A DNA stretch of 53,303 nucleotides, taken from positions 1-53,303 of the IMG/VR virus record IMGVR_UViG_3300044613_003466; one strand, given 5' to 3'. Positions within the stretch are counted from its first letter, which is position 1. Each line of letters begins with the position of its first letter. The position numbers and the translations under genes were made by a program. The notes beneath the pieces were generated by a model. The model worked only from the letters and a program-made list of their open reading frames with translations, was not told the DNA's origin and searched no databases. Shown here piece after piece: positions 1 to 8,663 of this stretch. Source of the stretch: a virus (taxonomy: Duplodnaviria; Caudoviricetes).

Positions 1-790
1 CCACCGTGCCATGGGTGAAGTTGAGCGCACCATTGGTAGAAGCTACTGCTATCGCGTAGAAATCCTTGCTGCTTAGCAGATCCGGCCTTTGCAGCTTAAG
101 GGATCCCGTGATTACACGATCCACGATTTGAAAATTAGGAGCGCAGCCCATTCGATCATAAAATTCTACAGTGTTATCACATTTCAGCGAAAAATCAATA
201 ATGCAACAGCTATAACCATGAAGGCTAAACGTTGGCGTATTGACAGAATTGCAAGCTACGGGAGCGGCCATAGCGCTATAAGTTGGCGTTAGGGATGCCG
301 CATCGACCGGAGGCACGTAAATGCCAGGGATGTCAAACGAAAACAGCGGCACTTCGCCGGCCTGCATCTTCAGCTCCCAGCTCTTGGTTCGGGCACCTAT
401 CCCTAGGTGCTTGTTGCCGTCCCAATCGTGATAAAAGACCAGAGAATCAGCCCCGCCCGTCACGAATGAGTAGGTGTTGCTGGTGGTGGCAACCGTTGCC
501 AGGTTCATCCCTGCTGCACGCAAGAAGATCCCGTAGGCGGGGGGAGTGCCGGCGGTGCCAGAGCCAACAGCTTCAACGTCAAACCCAACGCCGTTTTTCA
601 GCTCGGCCATCACGTCCGGCAATGCCTCGCCGAACTGCCCGTCTAGGCTGGGGCGAGCAATAGCAGTGGCGTCAAGGGCTGTTAACTTCGGGTCCCTGAC
701 CCGGATCGCGTTCACCCCCGTCGGGGCTGCTGACGTTGCGTAGTTCGTCTCCAATGCTGCCATCAGAAACTGAGACTTGTTGCGGGCCAT
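1..790 (-). CDS. Major tail tube protein (3' end outside window)
   Basis: ATG at 790 (MARNKSQFLMAALET...), near-identical to 46541-47479. Confidence 0.8.
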   Translation of the reverse strand, partial: MARNKSQFLMAALETNYATSAAPTGVNAIRVRDPKLTALDATAIARPSLDGQFGEALPDVMAELKNGVGFDVEAVGSGTAGTPPAYGIFLRAAGMNLATVATTSNTYSFVTGGADSLVFYHDWDGNKHLGIGARTKSWELKMQAGEVPLFSFDIPGIYVPPVDAASLTPTYSAMAAPVACNSVNTPTFSLHGYSCCIIDFSLKCDNTVEFYDRMGCAPNFQIVDRVITGSLKLQRPDLLSSKDFYAIAVASTNGALNFTHGTV

Positions 791-908
791 CGGCTTTGGG
801 GGGTTGGGTTACGGATTCGAGGATCCACTCGTTGTTGGTGAGCAGATAGGCGCCAGGGCCAGAAGGCAACGGCGGCGTAGGCGGCTGCTCAGGCGTTGCC
901 TTCTTCAT
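672..908 (-). CDS. Small Pro-rich phage protein overlapping the tail tube start
   Basis: Also present at 47361-47597; the only ORF spanning 791-888. Confidence 0.45.
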   Translation of the reverse strand: MKKATPEQPPTPPLPSGPGAYLLTNNEWILESVTQPPKADGPQQVSVSDGSIGDELRNVSSPDGGERDPGQGPEVNSP

Positions 909-1365
909 GCAATGTGATGTTGGAGATGGCCGTGTAATAGGTCACAGTGTAAATCATTTTGATCTCGCACGCTTGCAGGTTGGGCTCATGGATCCGGCCA
1001 CGGGATTCGATGTCAATGCACAGCCCCCCCAGGTCTCGCCTTCCAGCCATGATGCGTGCATGGACCGCCGCGCAAAACGGGCCCAGGATTCGCCAGTTTG
1101 GGGACTCCCCTGGCTTTCGGGGCTTGGTGATGGTGATAACGACCGGAAGGGTTGAGACCACACGGCACGCGCTTAGGACCCTGTCGAGGGCTTCCCCCTC
1201 CTGATCCAGCTTGATCACCACGCCATCGGGCTCAGATGCCACCCTGGCTGCATCGAGAAACAAGGCCCCAACCCCAGCAATATCGCTCCGGTCCTCGGTG
1301 GCCGCCGCGCCCTGCAGCAGATCAGCCAGGGCATCCATGATCTGGGCGTCGATGGGGAGGGTCAT
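889..1365 (-). CDS. Putative tail terminator/completion protein
   Basis: 158 aa, just upstream of the tail tube gene, conserved copy in prophage B. Confidence 0.55.
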   Translation of the reverse strand: MTLPIDAQIMDALADLLQGAAATEDRSDIAGVGALFLDAARVASEPDGVVIKLDQEGEALDRVLSACRVVSTLPVVITITKPRKPGESPNWRILGPFCAAVHARIMAGRRDLGGLCIDIESRGRIHEPNLQACEIKMIYTVTYYTAISNITLHEEGNA

Positions 1366-1595
1366 GGTTTAGGGGTGCGGTCCTGTTGGGATTCGGTCTG
1401 CGGATCGTCCAGCTTTGCCAGCAGGGTGGCACCCAGGCCGGCCGCCGCGAGCGTTCCGGAGCCGGCCGCTGTCCATCCCTGAAGGCAGTCGTCCGGGTGC
1501 AACTGGCAGACGTGGTACGCCCCCCCGGCCCCGATAAACGGGGAGGAAAGAAGGCACAATGCAATGGCTCTGGTAATAGCGTCTCTGGCGTTCAT
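1362..1595 (-). CDS. Small membrane protein (holin-like candidate)
   Basis: Two hydrophobic segments; 4-bp overlaps with neighbours; positional analogue at 48051-48275. Confidence 0.45.
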   Translation of the reverse strand: MNARDAITRAIALCLLSSPFIGAGGAYHVCQLHPDDCLQGWTAAGSGTLAAAGLGATLLAKLDDPQTESQQDRTPKP

Positions 1596-2077
1596 CTCAT
1601 TCCCTTCGCCAGTGCTGGGGGCATGATAAGGCCCGCCTTGCTTGAGCCATGGGGCAGCTTGTCATACAGCGCGATGCCTTGCGTCACCAACCAAATCACC
1701 ACGCTTACACCGCCTGCAACTGCGGCGATCTTGATAACGATGCCATTCATATCGCTTTGCAATTTTTCAACAGATTTTTCTAATTGCCCTGCTTCTTTCA
1801 TTAATGCTTCAACAGCGCTTGAGAGTTTTATGATGTCCCTATCATGCGCATTCATGTCTTTAACTGCGGCTTTATGGTCCGTTTGAATATCTGATATTGC
1901 TGTCTCCATCCGAGTTAGTCCTGAGCATAAGAGCTTTAGATCTCCCTGTATGGAAGTAACTTCTTGAAGCTGATCTTTAACACCGGACAATTCACCACAT
2001 GCTCTATTGAGCATGTCAAACAAGCCTCTTAGGTCACTAAGCGGAACTTGTGAAACTTGACTAAAATTTTCACTCAC
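1592..2077 (-). CDS. Coiled-coil protein with C-terminal transmembrane helix
   Basis: Heptad pattern then IAAVAGGVSVVIWLV; homologue at 48272-48766. Confidence 0.65.
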   Translation of the reverse strand: MSENFSQVSQVPLSDLRGLFDMLNRACGELSGVKDQLQEVTSIQGDLKLLCSGLTRMETAISDIQTDHKAAVKDMNAHDRDIIKLSSAVEALMKEAGQLEKSVEKLQSDMNGIVIKIAAVAGGVSVVIWLVTQGIALYDKLPHGSSKAGLIMPPALAKGMR

Positions 2078-2198
2078 GATCCAACCTCCCGCGCAGCCAG
2101 CGCCGCACGGTTGGTATTGCGGTCAAGATACCCCAAGCAGCAGGGAAAAGCACCAGATGCCACAACGTCATAGATACTAGCTCGTTTGGAATTAGCAT
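2070..2198 (-). CDS. 42-aa membrane peptide (below the ORF-track cutoff)
   Basis: MLIPNELVSMTLWHLVLFPAAWGILTAIPTVRRWLRGRLDRE; homologue at 48763-48885. Confidence 0.6.
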   Translation of the reverse strand: MLIPNELVSMTLWHLVLFPAAWGILTAIPTVRRWLRGRLDRE

Positions 2199-2333
2199 CA
2201 TTCCGGTGGTGGCGCTGCTGGCATTATAGCTTCTTGGAAGGCATTTATGATGGCGGTGCCGGTGATGATTGCGTAAGTCATGGGATGGCGACGGCGTAGG
2301 CGTTGATTAGGGTGGTGGCATCGCGCAGCACAA

Positions 2334-3035
2334 TTAGGCATTAGGGAACGGGAACGGAGGCAAGGTTATGGTAGAGCCTATAAGATACTCTCTGGCTACT
2401 CCTAGCGTTACCCTTAGTTCGTCAACATTGCCGTTCGCTAAATAGGCAGAACTACCTGAAGAATTACCGCCAATAGTAATTGTGCTTGCATCTGTAAGGT
2501 TGTTGGTAAATGATGCGCTTGACAACCTAGTAGTGTTTCGGTAAACGGATAACACTCCAGAGCGCCGCACCCAGGCAACGTACGTCAGTTGGTTTAACGT
2601 TATCCCCATAGAGCCTGCTCCGCCGACCCATCCGCCAGAAAAGGCTTTCGCGCTAGGTTCATTTCCAACGAGAAAAATTATACCAGTCGCAAGTGCATGG
2701 TTGCCTATTTCAAGTAAGCTCGAATACACATTAAGGCCTGCCAGATTGACAAGGCCTTCAACAGTAAAGTCATCGGTGCCTAATGCAATACCTGAACTAG
2801 GCGACACAGTTAGCCTACTGCCGCTTGTATTTGGAAAAAGTATTGAGCTGCCGTCGTTGTAACCTCTCGTTGCACTAATGCTCGGGGGGGTTGATCCCAG
2901 GGCAGTAATAGTACGCGCCGCGCCGCTGCTTTCAGGGGTTAATGTAGCCCCGTGATGTAACAGGACAACGTTTGAAAAGTGGGGGTCAGTAGGGCCGCCC
3001 CCGCTGGGGGGCTTTTGCCGATTCATAAAAATCAT
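2334..3035 (-). CDS. LamG/ConA-like lectin-domain virion protein
   Basis: TDPHFSNVVLL...GTDDFTVEG...GNVDELRVTLGVAR...PFP pattern; GGAGG RBS before ATG 3035. Confidence 0.75.
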   Translation of the reverse strand: MIFMNRQKPPSGGGPTDPHFSNVVLLHHGATLTPESSGAARTITALGSTPPSISATRGYNDGSSILFPNTSGSRLTVSPSSGIALGTDDFTVEGLVNLAGLNVYSSLLEIGNHALATGIIFLVGNEPSAKAFSGGWVGGAGSMGITLNQLTYVAWVRRSGVLSVYRNTTRLSSASFTNNLTDASTITIGGNSSGSSAYLANGNVDELRVTLGVAREYLIGSTITLPPFPFPNA

Positions 3036-3102
3036 CGGCTGCACCTCCCGATCCGGCATCCCGGTAGCGGGGCTGATCCATGGCGGAGAAAGGCGTAATC
3101 CA

Positions 3103-3993
3103 TCATTCCGCGATACCATTAACCCAGCCCTCTGGAAACTCTTCAGTTGCCATTTGACCAACGATAAAATCCATGGCAGGGGTCACCACACCAGCGGTAA
3201 CAGCAGCCGTGGCGATAACGGAGCCGGTCAAGTCGTAAGACAGCGTAAACGGGCTAGAAGTGGTCACCGAAGCCACCACGAACGAACCGTTCAGCCCAGC
3301 AAAAGAGGCGGGTAGATCCTTCACCACAATCCGTTTGCCTACCGTGATGCCGTGAACAGCGCCAAAGCTCAGCGTCGCGGTTGTAGCAGTAGCGGCGGCA
3401 TTGGTGATTGCCTTGTCTCCAGATGCTTCAATCTCGGCGTAGAGCTGGGCTAGGCGGGCGTCGTTGTGGAACGATGCCTGGAGTAGCGCCTCGTGCCGCG
3501 CAATTAAATGCGTGAATTGCGGCAAAAGGTTATTAATTTGTACCTGTTCCTTTGCATACTGCAGTTTTTCGGTATAGCCATTTTCTTGCGGCCATAGATG
3601 TGCGTTGTAGCGATCGGCGTAGCCTTTGGCCAGCGCCTTCAGTTCAGCCACGCTGCGGCGCTTGATGGTTTCGGTGTATTTGTATTTTCCCTTGGGATGA
3701 CCATCAGGTACAGCCACGAACTCGCCCTGAGCATTGCGAGCAGGGTGCAGCCCCCAGCCGCTATTCTGGCTATCAACAATAAACAGCTCGGGGTCATAGG
3801 GGGCCGACTCGAACGGCACCAACTCAAAATAGTCGTAAGGTTTCGTATGAACGCCGCCTTCGTTGTATGGCCAAGAGCCGCCGCTTGGGTTGCGAACAGT
3901 TCCGCCAGGTTCTACGGCAACATATTTTTTAGTGCTGTTTCCGGTGATGTCGTCGTACTCGACGCCAGTGATGGGGTTGGTGACAATAGCCAT
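3103..3993 (-). CDS. Putative fibre-associated structural protein
   Basis: 296 aa in the fibre cluster; contains a beta-rich ATLSFGAVHGITVG...GLNGSFVV module. Confidence 0.55.
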   Translation of the reverse strand: MAIVTNPITGVEYDDITGNSTKKYVAVEPGGTVRNPSGGSWPYNEGGVHTKPYDYFELVPFESAPYDPELFIVDSQNSGWGLHPARNAQGEFVAVPDGHPKGKYKYTETIKRRSVAELKALAKGYADRYNAHLWPQENGYTEKLQYAKEQVQINNLLPQFTHLIARHEALLQASFHNDARLAQLYAEIEASGDKAITNAAATATTATLSFGAVHGITVGKRIVVKDLPASFAGLNGSFVVASVTTSSPFTLSYDLTGSVIATAAVTAGVVTPAMDFIVGQMATEEFPEGWVNGIAE

Positions 3994-3995
3994 GA

Positions 3996-5696
3996 TCAGG
4001 AGTAGCGAAGAACGTAGGTGAGCGTGTGGCCAGATGATCCGGTCCCTAAAGACATCAGATCAACCCCGAGCCAATCCCCGGCAGACCCAGAATAGGTGCC
4101 GCCGCTGATGCTTGAAGTTGCATTTACGGTGTGAACCGAAGCTGCCAGGGAAGCAATATTGTTGGCAGTGGTGAGGAGGTTTGTCTTAGTGCCAACTGAA
4201 GTAGTGCCAGCACTTGTGCGGATATAAGGCCGTGCATCGCTTGTGCTTGCGCTGCCCATTGCCGTGGGATGGCAATTCCATGTTATGCCAACCACTACAA
4301 AGGCTCGATCTATTCGAGCTTCACTTTTGAAGTTACCGGTTGTTATCTCGGTTTGCCCTATATCAGAAACCACCAGCTTGACAATCTCGCCAGGCACCAG
4401 AAAACCGCCGACGAGCACCAGGCCGCCGGATGTGCTGAGCTCCTCCACCGGTCCATCCCCAGCCGTGCTGCGGCCAGCAAGGCGATTGGTGGCCATGGTC
4501 AGACCGCTGGATCCGATCGCGCCAGACCCGGCGGCGCCCAGGTTGCTGCGTGCCGTCGCCGCGTTGGTCAGGTCGCTCAGGTTGTTAGCCCTGGCCGCCA
4601 GTCCCGATAGATCCTGGTCCCCCGTGTTGGTGCCGCTGCTGGTGCCGCTGAAGGTGCCGTTTTGCGAGGCAAGAGTGCCGAGGCCCGAAACCTGGCCTGC
4701 CGGGATCGTCGGAATGTCGCCAGCCACTAGGGACCGAAACGCTGGGGCTGCTGCTGTACCTGTAGTCGGGCCGGCCCATACCAAGTTGGCAGACTGGGCC
4801 GCCAGGATCACTGGGGCCCCAACGGTGCCGACGTTGATTGCTAGGGCTGTGGGTATTCCGGTCCCCAGGCCAGAAATCGTGCTGAGCGCCTGCGTGCCGG
4901 TGTGGCTGGATCGATCGCGGAGCTGTGCGTCCGTGGCGTTGGCCGTGGCGCTGGCCGCGATCCCATCGAGCTTGGCCTTAAATTCCGACGCGGCCCACCA
5001 TGCAGCGATGCCCTGGAACATCCGCAAGGGGTTGTAGGCCACCCTGGTTGTGCTGGTGCCTGCCTCGGCTGCGGACTGGCTGACGGTGGCGGCGCTCCAT
5101 TCGCGGGAGTCGGTCAACCGTATATCACCTTCCTGGACCGCCGTGCCGGCCAGCGCCGCCCCTGTCGTCCATGTCGCCTGGGTCGCGTTGCTCGGCAGGC
5201 TGAATCCTGACGGCAGCCCCAGGGTGAGAGTGACACCGCCGCCCGTGTTGGTACTGCTGGTAGTCCAACCGCTAGGAACCGACAGCGCAACCGACTGCAC
5301 AGGGGCAACTGCCGCCGCCTCTTGCGGGGTGGTGTATCCAGGATGAGAGTCTGCTGCTGCTGCGTGCGCCGCTACTGCGGCGGCAGCCGTTCCAGCAGGG
5401 TCGCCTCCCAGCAACGTTGCCACCGCCGACAGCGGCGCATCCCCGGTATTGATCGGCCCCGCCGTGCCGGTGCCAGTGCCTGCACCAGTGGCTACAAAAT
5501 AAGCGCCAACTGTATTTGATTCGGCGCCAATTGCTGTGAAAGAAGTATTACCTACGCTGATAATTTGATACGACTGCCCAACAACAAATGCCCCGGCCGT
5601 TACCGCCGCGCCGATGCGGTCCAACACCAGGCGGTCGCTGCCCTGGACGCTGCCCAGGTCTGGCAGTTGGGAGATCGTGATCGGCGTTTGAGTCAT
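3996..5696 (-). CDS. Fibre protein (A)
   Basis: Ala/Gly/Thr rich, NNLSDL..AATARSNLG fibre motif; mosaic homologue of 50797-52344. Confidence 0.75.
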   Translation of the reverse strand: MTQTPITISQLPDLGSVQGSDRLVLDRIGAAVTAGAFVVGQSYQIISVGNTSFTAIGAESNTVGAYFVATGAGTGTGTAGPINTGDAPLSAVATLLGGDPAGTAAAAVAAHAAAADSHPGYTTPQEAAAVAPVQSVALSVPSGWTTSSTNTGGGVTLTLGLPSGFSLPSNATQATWTTGAALAGTAVQEGDIRLTDSREWSAATVSQSAAEAGTSTTRVAYNPLRMFQGIAAWWAASEFKAKLDGIAASATANATDAQLRDRSSHTGTQALSTISGLGTGIPTALAINVGTVGAPVILAAQSANLVWAGPTTGTAAAPAFRSLVAGDIPTIPAGQVSGLGTLASQNGTFSGTSSGTNTGDQDLSGLAARANNLSDLTNAATARSNLGAAGSGAIGSSGLTMATNRLAGRSTAGDGPVEELSTSGGLVLVGGFLVPGEIVKLVVSDIGQTEITTGNFKSEARIDRAFVVVGITWNCHPTAMGSASTSDARPYIRTSAGTTSVGTKTNLLTTANNIASLAASVHTVNATSSISGGTYSGSAGDWLGVDLMSLGTGSSGHTLTYVLRYS

Positions 5697-5699
5697 GGC

Positions 5700-6110
5700 T
5701 TAGGACGGCTGGGTTTGCAGCGAACGGCCGGAGCCGGTGACCAACAACTGGCCGGAGCCGGTGCGGAGCAGGCGGGAGACTAGGGGGATGGCTATGGCGG
5801 TGGTGCGGGCTAACCTCACCATGCTCCAGCTCAGCGCCCTAGGCTCGCTACCGGGGAGTGGCTCGGGCGCCCTTGTTGCCTTAAATGCCATGCCATCAAC
5901 TACAAGCGAATGGTTGTAATCAAGATGGCCAAATTCTGCGGTTCTGATCTTCAGCAGCCATGGGACAATTTCCACTCCATCATCAAAGACCAGCTCTTTG
6001 TTTTCCTCCAAAAAACCACGGCCAGAAACGGCGCCAGCAATTACGCTGACGCCGCCCATGAAATCCAGGGCCGCCCGATCTGCATCAGCCGATAGGCGGG
6101 CCCAACTCAT
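5700..6110 (-). CDS. Head-tail joining protein
   Basis: Position after capsid and DUF2190-like genes, small beta-rich protein. Confidence 0.6.
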   Translation of the reverse strand: MSWARLSADADRAALDFMGGVSVIAGAVSGRGFLEENKELVFDDGVEIVPWLLKIRTAEFGHLDYNHSLVVDGMAFKATRAPEPLPGSEPRALSWSMVRLARTTAIAIPLVSRLLRTGSGQLLVTGSGRSLQTQPS

Positions 6111-6457
6111 CAGAAGGCGCCGCTGAGGCGGACGTGAGCCAACGTAGCGCCAGAAGCGTAAGCAGCAGACTGAGATCCAATTGGCACAAACACACCGATA
6201 AGGGTGTTGCCGCTGGCAGATGCCGTCACGTTCTTGTTGGTGTCATTCCAGTACGCCTTGGCGTAAAGGCTGGCAGTGGCGCCAGTGGCCTTAGGGAGTT
6301 CGTGGACTCCTTCAAGCATGAAACTGCCAACCTCTCCACTGGCTAGAGCGGTTACGGCAACACCAAACAAAGCGCCAACCAACGCGCCGCCACCAGATGC
6401 GACAACATAAGGGGCAGCAATGGATAGGATTTTTCCTTCTTGAATAGGGCCGTGCAT
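6110..6457 (-). CDS. DUF2190-like capsid decoration/cement protein
   Basis: IQEG..L...APY.VASG...VG.LFGVA...EGV.ELPKA...YW motif, directly after the capsid gene. Confidence 0.8.
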   Translation of the reverse strand: MHGPIQEGKILSIAAPYVVASGGGALVGALFGVAVTALASGEVGSFMLEGVHELPKATGATASLYAKAYWNDTNKNVTASASGNTLIGVFVPIGSQSAAYASGATLAHVRLSGAF

Positions 6458-6513
6458 TGTTTTAATGGAATTGGGGAAAGTTAAACATTAAGGCTAAAGC
6501 GCAATGGTTAAAA

Positions 6514-8622
6514 TCATGCGCCAGAGCTGCGATAAATAAAACGAAAATCCTCAATGGCGCAACCAAAATCAGAACGGGCTAGCAGCTTCAAACCATCAGG
6601 ATCCCTTTCGGGCTCTGATGTAATGGTAGGCCCGGGCTCGTCTGCCAGGTAACCCCACACCATGCCAGGCGTTCTAGTTGGGCCAGCGGCTGTATACCAT
6701 TGCGTTGCGGAACCGTCAAGCCGTGGCTCAACTATTAAATTCATCCCCCTTGCGTAGGGATTGGGCCCAGAGTTTCCAGTCAACGCATTAGGAGCGTAAC
6801 CATCAGGATAAAGAAATTGCAAAGCAGTTCCTTCCAAATCTGTTGGAACAATCATAAATTCAGGGGTCAAATTAACCGTAACGTTGCTAATATCTTTTTG
6901 CTTTCGCATTGCCTTTCTGGCTGCGTTGACACCGGCAATACCAATGGCACCCGTGCCCGTGTTGTTGTGAGCTGCATTAAACAACGCAAGACCATCTGCC
7001 GATACAGTGGCATCGCCAGTGATCATTGCCCATATAAGATTGGATTCCAAGCGACGGAACCCACGGCCTAAAAATTCAGGAGTTCGCTCCAAGGCAGACA
7101 GATCATCATTGATAATTGCTTGCCGAGAAATTACAATTTTTTTGGTATATGTAAACAGCTTCCAAGTACTTTGCGCTTCCTTAAGAGTGCCTGTCTTGTA
7201 CTCGCCGCCTTCGGGCGTAAGCTCTGGCGTGAGATCAGCAGCAATAGTCAAATCGCTGGAATTCTTAAAATCTGGTAAATTTCGTTGACGTGCAAGCCCC
7301 TTCCAGGTATGAGGCTCTTCTTCGTAGAATTGGGTTAAGGATTTCCCTGCTAGATTAGAAAACAGCAATGGAAAATCGCTAGTGCTGTGCATGGCCATAG
7401 CCACTAGGTCATTTTTAGACCTACCCACAGTGCTTATGCCCCGCGAGTTGGCATAAGCCCTTATACATTCCATCAAGGAATAACCTCGATACTCTTGGCC
7501 AACGTCAGAGATCTGGGCCAGAGGATTGATCCGGGCGTACAGCATGTCCCCAATGCCGGCCATCACAGTGTCTCCCGCATCGCGGGTTACCTGGAGGCGG
7601 GCAGGGTGGCCTGCCTTGCTGGCGACAGTTTCAAGCGGGCCGGCGTGGGCCTTCACAATTTCCAGGGCAACATCAGCGAACGGCTTGCCGCTGTCAACCA
7701 TGGCTTGCACCGCGATAGGAGCAATATTGGCCTCAGCCGCGCAACGGCGGATTTCAATTTCGCGCTGTGCATTGGCAAGGGCCACGGAATCCGCAACAGC
7801 GGTCGAGGTAACGGGACCGACGGCGGCCTGCACTACTGCAGGAGCAGCAAGGGCAATGGGGGCAGCTTCGGTAGAAGCGACCACGGGAGGCGCTTCGGTG
7901 ACGGCGGCCGGTGCGCTCCCGGCCTGATCTTGCGTGGGCATCTGTTCAGCTCGGGAGTGTTCAGGGTGATCTCCTGATTCTATTCTAACCATTGACGCCA
8001 GGGCCTTAGACACCCACCCTGGAGGGTCAGGAAATCGCCCCGCAGGCAACGGCGGGACACTGGCCCGCACGTCTACCGGGTCGATCACTGCATCGATCAG
8101 ACCAGCCGCCAGGGCTGCTTCGGCGGTGAACCAGGTACCACCCCCCTGGGCAGCGCCCATCCACTCCAAGATCTGCTCAACCGATTGGCCCGATGCCTTG
8201 GCATAGGTGGTGGAATAAACCTGAGAGTGAACGCGCAGCATGGCCGCCGCGGCATCCATTGAATCGGCGTCTCCAACCGATCCGCCCCAACAGTTGTGGA
8301 TCATCAGCAGGGCGTTGCTTGGCATCAAGCGGCGATCACCCTTGGCCTTGCTGATGGCCATTGGGACAATCGAGCCGGCAGATGCCACCAAGCCATCTAC
8401 CACGTAGTCCTTCCTGCCTTTGTAGGCCGCCAACACGTTATGGATTGCAATCCCTTCGGCTGCCGCACCGCCAGGCGAAAACAGGTGAATCCTCACATCA
8501 CGCCCCCCTGCAGCGTCCAGCGCTCGGGCCACGTCGTCAACCAACACATCAACCCCGACTTCGCCATAGAGCCGCAACACTGGGGCAGTGGCGGCGGCTT
8601 TAACGGTTACTCCTGGGGCCAT
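6514..8622 (-). CDS. ClpP-type prohead protease-major capsid fusion
   Basis: SPGG, LVASAGS, MIHN and TWFTAEAA..GLID ClpP motifs; C-terminal capsid domain (HSTSDFPLL, ISRQAIINDDL). Confidence 0.9.
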   Translation of the reverse strand: MAPGVTVKAAATAPVLRLYGEVGVDVLVDDVARALDAAGGRDVRIHLFSPGGAAAEGIAIHNVLAAYKGRKDYVVDGLVASAGSIVPMAISKAKGDRRLMPSNALLMIHNCWGGSVGDADSMDAAAAMLRVHSQVYSTTYAKASGQSVEQILEWMGAAQGGGTWFTAEAALAAGLIDAVIDPVDVRASVPPLPAGRFPDPPGWVSKALASMVRIESGDHPEHSRAEQMPTQDQAGSAPAAVTEAPPVVASTEAAPIALAAPAVVQAAVGPVTSTAVADSVALANAQREIEIRRCAAEANIAPIAVQAMVDSGKPFADVALEIVKAHAGPLETVASKAGHPARLQVTRDAGDTVMAGIGDMLYARINPLAQISDVGQEYRGYSLMECIRAYANSRGISTVGRSKNDLVAMAMHSTSDFPLLFSNLAGKSLTQFYEEEPHTWKGLARQRNLPDFKNSSDLTIAADLTPELTPEGGEYKTGTLKEAQSTWKLFTYTKKIVISRQAIINDDLSALERTPEFLGRGFRRLESNLIWAMITGDATVSADGLALFNAAHNNTGTGAIGIAGVNAARKAMRKQKDISNVTVNLTPEFMIVPTDLEGTALQFLYPDGYAPNALTGNSGPNPYARGMNLIVEPRLDGSATQWYTAAGPTRTPGMVWGYLADEPGPTITSEPERDPDGLKLLARSDFGCAIEDFRFIYRSSGA

Positions 8623-8663
8623 TGATGCTCAGATGCTGAGGGTAGTTTAAGCGGTCAGCGCCA

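Larger units (their letters stand above)
1..1396. repeat. Long diverged direct repeat, copy 1 (copy 2 at 46690-~48085)
   Basis: Position 1 aligns with 46690; ORF 889-1365 vs 47578-48054 differ at 8 of 158 aa. Confidence 0.95.

Noticed and set aside
4243-5037. Long antisense ORFs over fibre and head genes (also 50972-51637, 12496-13131, 29205-29885)
   Set aside because: Shadow ORFs of GC-rich genes with no recognisable motifs
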